From Alphaproteobacteria bacterium (GTDB lineage: Bacteria; Pseudomonadota; Alphaproteobacteria; UBA828), in the NCBI GenBank assembly GCA_965220745.1, contig CBDCQT010000011.1, positions 256,001 to 320,000 of the forward strand: 64,000 nt of DNA, given 5' to 3'. Within the stretch, counting starts at the first letter, position 1; every line of letters begins with the position of its first letter. The position numbers and the translations under genes are program-made. The notes beneath the pieces are model-generated. The model worked only from the letters and a program-made list of their open reading frames with translations, searched no databases and was not told the origin of the DNA. Shown here in pieces: positions 11,662 to 18,703 of the stretch.

Positions 11662-12437
11662 TGGGCGAAGAACGCTTCGGTGATGATGTAGTTGAAGATC
11701 AACACCAGGATCGCGCCGGTGACCACGGCGTTGGTGGTGGCCTTGCCCACACCCTGGGCGCCGCCCTTGGAGTGGAAGCCGTGGTAGCAGCCCATCAGCG
11801 CGATCAGGTATCCGAAGACGGCGGCTTTGACGAGGCCGGAGGCCACGTCCATGACCTCCAGGTATTCGAGGGTGTTATTGATATAGGCGTCCGGATTGAA
11901 GCCGAGCTTGAAGACGCTCACCAGATAGCCGCCGCCGACGCCGATGATGTCGGTGACGAGGACCAGAAACGGCAACATCAGCAGGCCGGCAAGAAGGCGC
12001 GGCACGATCAGATACTTGTGCGGATTGGTCGAGAGCGTGGTGAGCGCGTCGATCTGCTCAGTGACCCGCATGGTGCCGATTTCCGCCGCCATCGCGGCGC
12101 CGACCCGGCCGGCGACCATGAGGCCCGCCAGCACCGGCCCGAGCTCGCGGGTGATCGAGAGCACCACGACGGTCGGGATCGTGCTCTCGGCGGAGAAGCG
12201 GGAGAACCCGGTGTAGCTCTGCAGCGCCAGCACCATGCCGGCGAAGAGGCCGGTGAGCCCCACCACCGGCAGGGAATAGAAGCCGATCTCCACCATCTGG
12301 CGCAGAAGCAGGCGCGGGTAGAAGGGCGGTCTCGCGCAGTGCGAGGTTGCTTCGAGCGCGAAGAGGGAGAGGCGCCCGACAGCCTCGAACAGCGCCAGGA
12401 CGCCATGGCCGATCGCCTGTAGCGGAGGTCTCTTCAC
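11658..12437 (-). CDS. mlaE: MlaE-family ABC permease
   Basis: RELGPVLAGLMVAGRVGAAMAAEIGTMRVTEQIDAL, GVGKATT; GTG at 12437. Confidence 0.92.
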   Translation of the reverse strand: MKRPPLQAIGHGVLALFEAVGRLSLFALEATSHCARPPFYPRLLLRQMVEIGFYSLPVVGLTGLFAGMVLALQSYTGFSRFSAESTIPTVVVLSITRELGPVLAGLMVAGRVGAAMAAEIGTMRVTEQIDALTTLSTNPHKYLIVPRLLAGLLMLPFLVLVTDIIGVGGGYLVSVFKLGFNPDAYINNTLEYLEVMDVASGLVKAAVFGYLIALMGCYHGFHSKGGAQGVGKATTNAVVTGAILVLIFNYIITEAFFAQ

Positions 12438-12640
12438 GCAGCGTTCCCGTCGATGACGCCTCCGGGCCGACCTGCCCAGGCCGCGACTCGGCGCCAAGCG
12501 CGCGGGACTCTAGCCCGGATTTCTCGCCACGGTCACGGCTTGCGTCCCATTCAGGCGTTCGACCCGCGATGCGCAGCCCGAACCGCGCCGCGCGACCCAA
12601 GATTAGCGCCTGAAATGCCGCGGATAGACGAAAGGCCAGG

Positions 12641-12958
12641 TCAACGATCAGCGAGAAAGGCCAGAATCTCCCGCGCCGTCTCCTCCGGCGCCTCCTCGGG
12701 CAGGAAGTGACCGCAGTCGAGAGCGCGACCCTGCACGTCATCCGCCCGCTCGCGCCAGCTCTCCAGCATACTGAGCCCCTTGCCGGTCTGCCAGCCGGGG
12801 CGCTTGGGCATGGTGCCGGCCCAGAGCACCAGCATCGGGCAGGCGATCTTGCGGCCCCGGTCCGCTTCGTCATGCAATAGGTCCAGCGCGATGGCGCGGT
12901 AGTCCATGCACATGCAATGAAGAGTCTCGGGGTCGCTGAAGCAGCGTAGGTACTCGGC
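12641..12958 (-). pseudogene. C-terminal fragment of haloacetate/fluoroacetate dehalogenase-like alpha/beta hydrolase (IS-disrupted)
   Basis: AEYLRCFSDP..DYRA..CPMLVLW..CGHFLPEEAP continues the protein begun at 14966. Confidence 0.88.
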
Positions 12959-12964
12959 CTAATA

Positions 12965-13135
12965 CTACAGTTGCGTTTTGTGGCGATGTTTGTAATGGGC
13001 TCGTGCGGCACGGGCTTGGTGTCTTCGTCGCCAGAGAGACCACTGCATGACGAACGCGGCACAGATCGGCGGCCTGAGAAGGAGCTTGGCGAGCAGATGG
13101 CGGACCTCCGGCACTGTCGGCACGAGAGCGTTCAT
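12965..13135 (-). CDS. Separate C-terminal segment of IS701 transposase (56 aa)
   Basis: PTVPEVRHLLAKL..WSLWRRRHQARAARAHY resembles the usual IS701 C-terminus; its ATG overlaps the transposase TGA (ATGA 13132-13135). Confidence 0.55.
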   Translation of the reverse strand: MNALVPTVPEVRHLLAKLLLRPPICAAFVMQWSLWRRRHQARAARAHYKHRHKTQL

Positions 13136-14331
13136 GGCGGCGAGACGGCTGTTGCCATGACTGGACTCGATTTGTTCCGTTTGCGGCATGCCATGCGGCG
13201 CATGTCGGCAGTCACCTTGGCAAGGAAGGCGGCGGCGGCCATGACGAGGCTCATGTGGCGGTGCCAGCCGTGCCAGGAGCGGGCCTCGCAGTGATCGAGG
13301 CCGAGGTCGTCCTTGGCCCGCTGAAAGCATTCCTCGATGGTCCAGCGCAGACCGGCGGCGCCTGCCAGCTCGGCAAGGCTCGTGGCGACGGGACAGAAGA
13401 CAAGATAGTAGGCCCGCTTCTCCGGGTCTTTCCGGGAGCGGCGGATCAGGAGCCAGCGTTGCCAGCCCGAGGGGCAGTCCCAGGGCAGAGCGAACCGCGC
13501 CCAGTGGTAGAGCCGCAGACCCTTGCTGCCCTCGCCGGCGGCATGGGCCGACCAGGCGTCGTGGTCAAGACCGTCGGCGATCTGAGCAGGGGTCGTTTCA
13601 ATCAAGCCCGCGGCGTCGATGAAGCGCAGATGATGGTTGCTGCGTATCGCCAGCACGTAGGCCTGTCCTCGCTCCTCCAGCATGGAGCGCAGGCCGAAGT
13701 CCGACCCGTAGACCGCATCGGCCAGGACCCACGCACAGGGAACGCCCGCATCCAGGGCGCGCGCCACCATCTCCCGTGCCAGCGCGGGCTTGGTGGCGAA
13801 GGTCAGGTCGGCCGGGACGCCCGTCTTCGCCCGCCGGGCCTCATCCGAGGCCCAATCCTTCGGCAAGTACAGGCGCCGGTCGATCAGGGCCTGGCCGAAA
13901 CGGCCGGCATAGGCGAGAAAGACACCGACCTGGCTGTTCTCGATGCGGCCTGCAGTCCCCGTGTACTGGCGTGCGACCCCGACCGAGTGACGCCCCTTCT
14001 TCAGAAAGCCTGTCTCGTCCACCACCAGGACGCCGTCCTCGCAACCGAGCGCTTCCACGACATAGGCACGCACCTCGTCGCGCAGCGCGTCAGCATCCCA
14101 GCGGTTTCGGCCCAGGAGGCCCTGGATCCGCCAGGGACGTTCAAAGCCCGCGTGCTCCGACAGCATCCATCCGGTCTTGCGCGCAATCCCCGACAGGAGG
14201 CCATCCAGAAACGCGCTTCCCGTCTCGCGAAGCTCGCGCCGGCCGAAGACCGGGCCAAGACGCGCCTTCAGCGACGACAGCTCACCCTCCCACTCCACGA
14301 GGGAACCGGACCAGGCCGCGATACTCATCAT
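13132..14331 (-). CDS. IS701-family DDE transposase
   Basis: VVDETGFLKKGRHSVGVARQYTG, NSQVGVFLAY, LYLP..W, ADAVYG, RWTIEECFQRAKDDLGLDHCEARSWHGWHRH. Confidence 0.93.
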   Translation of the reverse strand: MMSIAAWSGSLVEWEGELSSLKARLGPVFGRRELRETGSAFLDGLLSGIARKTGWMLSEHAGFERPWRIQGLLGRNRWDADALRDEVRAYVVEALGCEDGVLVVDETGFLKKGRHSVGVARQYTGTAGRIENSQVGVFLAYAGRFGQALIDRRLYLPKDWASDEARRAKTGVPADLTFATKPALAREMVARALDAGVPCAWVLADAVYGSDFGLRSMLEERGQAYVLAIRSNHHLRFIDAAGLIETTPAQIADGLDHDAWSAHAAGEGSKGLRLYHWARFALPWDCPSGWQRWLLIRRSRKDPEKRAYYLVFCPVATSLAELAGAAGLRWTIEECFQRAKDDLGLDHCEARSWHGWHRHMSLVMAAAAFLAKVTADMRRMACRKRNKSSPVMATAVSPP

Positions 14332-14399
14332 TCCCCCTCTTCCCGTCCATCACGCAGCGAGGACATCACATCATCGACTAATATGCAACTGTAGTAGTA

Positions 14400-14966
14400 G
14401 GCCTCGGGCGCGATGGCGCCGTCAACCGCGGTCCACTGCTCAAGCAGGAAGTCGAGGAAGAGCTTCGCGCTATTGCCGATGAGCGTTTCGGGAAACGGCG
14501 CGGGCTGACGCATCAGGTGCCAGTGGAACCATGAGAACGCCAGATCGCGATCCATGTTCTCGAAGGCCGCCTGGGAGGCCACCACGTCGAGCGAGGTGAA
14601 GGTGCGCACCTGCGCGGGGTGGTCGAGCGCCATGCGATGGCCGACGCGGGCGCCGCGATCATGCCCCACCACGTGGAAGCGATCAAAGCCCAGAGCTTCC
14701 ATGACTTCGACCTGATCCCGCGCCGAGGCGCGCTTGCAGTGGTCATCGAGATCGTCGGAGGTGGGCTTGCCGCTGTCGCCGTAGCCGCGCAGGTCGGGCG
14801 CCACCACCGTGTGGTGCTCGGCGAATATCGGCGCCACCTTGTGCCACATCAGGTGATTCTGCGGATAACCGTGAAGCAGCAGAAGCGGCGGTCCCTCACC
14901 CCCCTTCACGAGATTGATCGTGATGGACGAGGTCTCGACCTGCGTCTTGGTGAAGCCGTCGAACAT
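14400..14966 (-). pseudogene. N-terminal fragment of haloacetate/fluoroacetate dehalogenase-like alpha/beta hydrolase (IS-disrupted)
   Basis: MFDGF start, LLHGYPQ, PDLRGYGDS, GHDRGARV nucleophile elbow, FHW; similarity ends at IS boundary. Confidence 0.9.
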
Positions 14967-15149
14967 GCTTGGCTCATTCGTCGCATGACAGCATGCGCCG
15001 CTGTCTGCCGCCGCAGCATAGCAGTTATGCCGAGCCGGGGGTTCGACCACGCCGTGGCCGGACACATATCGGAATCAGGAACGGTGTGCGGCGCTTCTGA
15101 TGTGGGCAGCCGCAGCACCAGTGACACTCCGGAAACAGGAGGTGAGGAC

Positions 15150-15335
15150 ATGGACCTCACACCCATCACCCGAGCGGTCCGGAAGTGGCGGGAGCGCAGC
15201 CGTGCGCGGCGGGAGCTCCAGCGCCTGACCGATCTCGAGCTTGCCGATATCGGGCTCAGCCGGGGCGACATCGACGCGGTGGTGCGCGGCGATATCGTGC
15301 GGTCGCGACCGTCCGGCCTCTATGAAGCTCGGTAG
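15150..15335 (+). CDS. DUF1127 (YjiS-like) small arginine-rich protein, 61 aa
   Basis: WRERSRARRELQRLTDLELADIGLSRGDI motif; strong SD AGGAGG/GAGG upstream of ATG 15150. Confidence 0.88.
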   Translation: MDLTPITRAVRKWRERSRARRELQRLTDLELADIGLSRGDIDAVVRGDIVRSRPSGLYEAR

Positions 15336-15467
15336 CGAGGGAAGCGGGGCCGGCCTACGGGCCGGCCTCACCACCCCGCCTGACTCCGGGCTGATCTGAC
15401 CAAATACAGGGAGGAATGAGACGGGTCCCTTGAAGCAAGGGCGAATGTCCTGAACTGGGACACGCCG

Positions 15468-15496
15468 TTGCCGCTGCGCCTGCGCTGTGGCAATGT
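15468..15496 (+). promoter_or_regulatory. Putative sigma70 promoter of tRNA-Thr
   Basis: TTGCCG-N17-CAATGT ending 9 bp before the tRNA. Confidence 0.45.
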
Positions 15497-15505
15497 CGCG
15501 CCCGC

Positions 15506-15577
15506 GCCGCCGTAGCTCAGGGGTAGAGCACTCCCTTGGTAAGGGAGGGGTCGGAAGTTCAATTCTTCCCGGCGGCA
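15506..15577 (+). tRNA. tRNA-Thr(GGT), CCA not encoded
   Basis: Acceptor stem GCCGCCG/CGGCGGC, D arm TAGCTCAGGGGTAGAGC, anticodon arm CTCCC-TTGGTAA-GGGAG, T arm GGAAG-TTCAATT-CTTCC. Confidence 0.96.
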
Positions 15578-15677
15578 CCGGTGCTCCCGTCGGACGCGAC
15601 AAAACTCCCGGCTGCGCTTCCCGCCTGTGTCCCACCTCGCCTATAATCGGCCTTGCAGCGAGACTGCGGGGGAAGTC

Positions 15678-16034
15678 ATGCAGATCGCCATCACGGGCCG
15701 GCACGTCAGCGTCAACGAGAGCTTTCGCGACCAGGTGACACGGCGCCTCGAAGCCTCGGCGGGGAAGTTCTTCTCCACCGCCATCGACGCGCAGGCGGTG
15801 TTCGCCAAGGTGGCGCAGATGATCGAGACCGACCTTATGATCCATGTCGGCCACGGCATCAGGTTCCAGAGCCACGCGTCGGCGGCCGACATGACGGCGA
15901 GCTTCAGCATCGCCGCCGAGCGCCTGGAGAAGCGCATGCGGCGGCACAAGCGCAAGCTGCGCGACCATCACAAGTCCCCGCGCGGCGCGAGGGCCGTGGA
16001 CGGGGCCGAACCGTCTCCGCAGCCGGCCGACTGA
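15678..16034 (+). CDS. hpf: Ribosome hibernation promoting factor (HPF/RaiA family), short form
   Basis: MQIAITGRH..., ERLEKRMRRHKRKLRDHH; upstream of ptsN; perfect TATAAT at 15642-15647. Confidence 0.88.
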   Translation: MQIAITGRHVSVNESFRDQVTRRLEASAGKFFSTAIDAQAVFAKVAQMIETDLMIHVGHGIRFQSHASAADMTASFSIAAERLEKRMRRHKRKLRDHHKSPRGARAVDGAEPSPQPAD

Positions 16035-16116
16035 GCGGCGCAGCGGCCGGGCAGCGGCCGCCGGCACCTTAAGACCAAGCGCAGCCGTCTACGGCAACCG
16101 ACAGAGCGGCTGGGGA

Positions 16117-16581
16117 ATGGAGATCGCGGACCTCTTGCCATTGAGCGGTGTCCTGGACGACGTGAGGGCGGGCAGCAAGAAGCAGGCGCTGCAGGAGCTT
16201 TCCGCCGTCGCCGCGGCGCAGACGGAGCAGGAGGAGCGCACCGTCCTGGATACATTGCTCGCGCGCGAGCGCCTGGGCTCGACCGGGGTCGGCGCCGGAG
16301 TCGCGATCCCGCATGGCAGACTCGGCAGCCTCACGCAGCTCTCGGCGGTGTTCGCCCGCCTGCGAGAGCCCATCGAGTTCGACGCGGTGGACGGGAAGCC
16401 GGTGGACCTCATCTTCCTGCTGCTCGCGCCGGATTCTGCCGGATCGGATCATCTGAAGGCGCTGGCGCTGGTCTCGCGCCTGCTGCGGGACCACCGCGTG
16501 TGCGCGCGCCTGCGCGGGGCAGACAGCGCGGAGGCACTCTATGCCGTCCTCACCGGTGCGGCTGGCACGTCGCGGGCGTGA
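16117..16581 (+). CDS. ptsN: PTS EIIA(Ntr)
   Basis: SKKQALQEL, RERLGSTGVGAGVAIPH, PVDLIFLLLAP, HLKALA. Confidence 0.94.
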   Translation: MEIADLLPLSGVLDDVRAGSKKQALQELSAVAAAQTEQEERTVLDTLLARERLGSTGVGAGVAIPHGRLGSLTQLSAVFARLREPIEFDAVDGKPVDLIFLLLAPDSAGSDHLKALALVSRLLRDHRVCARLRGADSAEALYAVLTGAAGTSRA

Positions 16582-17084
16582 GCGCCCGGCCGATTGACAG
16601 CCGCCCCGCCGGGCCGCACGGTCGCGCCATGGTTCTGATTCATGCCAGCTGCGTCGCCCTGGAGGGCAAGGGCGTGCTGCTGCGCGGCGCCCCCGGCGCC
16701 GGCAAGTCCGACCTCGCGTTGCGCCTGATCGAAGGCGGGGCCCGGCTCGTGGCGGACGATCAGGTAGCATTGACGAGCACCGGCGAGAGGCTGTTCGTGG
16801 CGCCGCCGGCGCGGATCGCAGGACTGCTCGAAGTGCGCGGGATCGGGATCGTCTCGATGGAATTCCTGTCCCAATGCCCGGTCCACCTCGTGGTCGATTT
16901 GGTCGAGCCCAACAAGGTCGAGCGCAGCCCGGAGGCAGCGACCATCGACCTCTGCGACCATCGAATCTCGCACGTGACACTCGCCCCATTTGAGGCGTCG
17001 ACGCCGGCGAAGGTCAGGCTTGCGCTCTCGCGCGCCGCTGCTGCCGGACAGGACGCGCTAGAAACGCGCTCGGCCGGACGATGA
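16578..17084 (+). CDS. hprK: HPr kinase/phosphorylase (short alphaproteobacterial form)
   Basis: HASCV, GAPGAGKSDLAL, LVADD, GLLEVRGIGI; start uncertain (GTG 16578 or ATG 16629). Confidence 0.87.
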   Translation: MSARPIDSRPAGPHGRAMVLIHASCVALEGKGVLLRGAPGAGKSDLALRLIEGGARLVADDQVALTSTGERLFVAPPARIAGLLEVRGIGIVSMEFLSQCPVHLVVDLVEPNKVERSPEAATIDLCDHRISHVTLAPFEASTPAKVRLALSRAAAAGQDALETRSAGR

Positions 17085-17995
17085 GCGCAGATCCCTCTGG
17101 CAGTCGTGCTCTCGTGCTGGTGACCGGAATGTCCGGCGCCGGCAAGTCGACCGCGCTCAAAATCCTGGAAGACCTCGGCTACGAGGCGATCGACAACCTG
17201 CCCCTCTCGCTGCTCTCGGAGCTGGTCCAGGCGCGGGGCGAGAACGGGCGGCCGGGCCCGCTCGCGCTCGGCATCGATTCGCGGACGAGGGGGTTCGATC
17301 CCGGCGACATCGAGCGCTATCTCGAGCCGCTACTTGGCGAGGGCGAGCGTGGCGAGATCGCGCTGCTCTTTCTCGACTGCGAGACCGAGGTGCTGCGCCG
17401 GCGCTTCAGCGAGACTCGCCGCCCACACCCGCTGGCGCACGATGATCCTGTCGACGAGGGAATCCGGCGCGAGCGCGCGCTGCTCGGCTGGGTCCGCGAC
17501 CGGGCAGACCTCACCGTCAACACCAGCCGGCTTTCCGTTCGCGATCTGCGCAGCATCATCGCCGCGCGTTTTGGGCCGGAGGCCGGGCGGGCGCCCGCGA
17601 TCTTCGTGCTCTCCTTCGCCTACAGCCGCGGTGTGCCGCCGGACGCCGACTTCGTGTTCGATGCCCGCTTCCTCACCAACCCTCACCATGTGCCAGCGCT
17701 TCGGCCGCTTACCGGGCGGGAGCCCGAGGTCGCATGCCACGTGCGGGATGACCCGGCTTATGGCCCTTTCTTCGAAGGCATGGTCGCGATGCTCACGCCC
17801 TTGCTGCCGGCCTTTGAGCGGGACGGGCGCTCCTACCTCACCATCGCGCTCGGATGCACGGGCGGGCGGCACCGCTCCGTCGCCGTGGCGGAGCACCTGG
17901 CCGAGACGCTCGGCGGCGGACGCTGGCAGGTCACGGTGCGCCACCGCGATCTCGACACCGAGCCCGCGGCACCCGCGATGCAAGCCAACGGATGA
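17081..17995 (+). CDS. rapZ: RNase adapter RapZ (YhbJ) P-loop protein
   Basis: TGMSGAGKS, DNLP, RRFSETRRPHPL, FDARFLTNP, GCTGGRHRSV. Confidence 0.94.
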   Translation: MSADPSGSRALVLVTGMSGAGKSTALKILEDLGYEAIDNLPLSLLSELVQARGENGRPGPLALGIDSRTRGFDPGDIERYLEPLLGEGERGEIALLFLDCETEVLRRRFSETRRPHPLAHDDPVDEGIRRERALLGWVRDRADLTVNTSRLSVRDLRSIIAARFGPEAGRAPAIFVLSFAYSRGVPPDADFVFDARFLTNPHHVPALRPLTGREPEVACHVRDDPAYGPFFEGMVAMLTPLLPAFERDGRSYLTIALGCTGGRHRSVAVAEHLAETLGGGRWQVTVRHRDLDTEPAAPAMQANG

Positions 17996-17999
17996 CCCG

Positions 18000-18407
18000 A
18001 TGATCGGACTCGTTCTCGTCACCCACGGGCAGCTCGCCGAGGAGTTCGTTGCGGCGACCGAGCACGTCGTCGGGCCGCAATCCCGCACGCGCGCCATTTG
18101 CATCGGCCCCGACGACGACATGGAGCAGCGCCGCCAGGACATTCTCGACGCCATCGGCGCGACCGACGAGGGCGACGGGGTGATCGTGCTTACCGACATG
18201 TTCGGCGGGACGCCCTCGAACCTCGCCATCTCGGTCATGGAAGGCGCGAATGTCGAGGTCATCGCCGGCGTGAACCTGCCGATGCTGATCAAGCTCGCGA
18301 GTGTGCGTTCGGGCAGTGATCTGCGGGGTGCCGTGGCCGCCGCGCAGGAGGCCGGGCGCACCTATATCCATGTCGCGGGGCGGCTGCTCGAGGGTGACAA
18401 GACGTGA
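18000..18407 (+). CDS. PTS EIIA mannose/fructose-type component (ManX-like)
   Basis: MIGLVLVTHG, LTDMFGGTPSN, GVNLPML. Confidence 0.93.
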   Translation: MIGLVLVTHGQLAEEFVAATEHVVGPQSRTRAICIGPDDDMEQRRQDILDAIGATDEGDGVIVLTDMFGGTPSNLAISVMEGANVEVIAGVNLPMLIKLASVRSGSDLRGAVAAAQEAGRTYIHVAGRLLEGDKT

Positions 18408-18703
18408 ATAAAGCGGCGACCGAGCCCGGCGAGGGAAGCCACCGTCGCACGTGTCTGATCGCCAACCGGCGCGGGCTGCACGCGCGGGCCGCCGCCAACT
18501 TCGTCAGGACCGCCTCGCAGTTCGAGGCCGACGTCGCGGTCTCCTGCAACGGCACACAGGTCTCGGGCCTGTCGATCCTGGGGCTGATGATGCTGGCGGC
18601 GGGGCCGGGTACCGAGATCGAGATCGAGACCGCGGGCAGAGATGCAGCGGTGGCGCTGGCGGCGTTGGCAAAGCTCGTGGACGGTGGCTTCGATGAAGAC
18701 TGA
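18404..18703 (+). CDS. ptsH: HPr-family phosphocarrier
   Basis: GLHARAA (phospho-His), SILGLMML (regulatory Ser region). Confidence 0.9.
   Translation: MNKAATEPGEGSHRRTCLIANRRGLHARAAANFVRTASQFEADVAVSCNGTQVSGLSILGLMMLAAGPGTEIEIETAGRDAAVALAALAKLVDGGFDED

Larger units (their letters stand above)
12962..14397 (-). mobile_element. IS701-family insertion sequence (about 1.44 kb)
   Basis: 12-bp terminal inverted repeats TACTACAGTTGC (12963-12974) / GCAACTGTAGTA (14385-14396), flanked by TA at 12960-61 and 14398-99; contains DDE transposase; splits a host gene. Confidence 0.93.

Noticed and set aside
14328-14399. C-terminal tail YYYSCILVDD.. of the 245-aa hydrolase ORF
   Set aside because: It is read-through into the IS end, not part of the native protein.
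15506-15680. tRNA-Thr as an island integration site
   Set aside because: No integrase or direct repeat was seen, and the downstream genes are core PTS genes.
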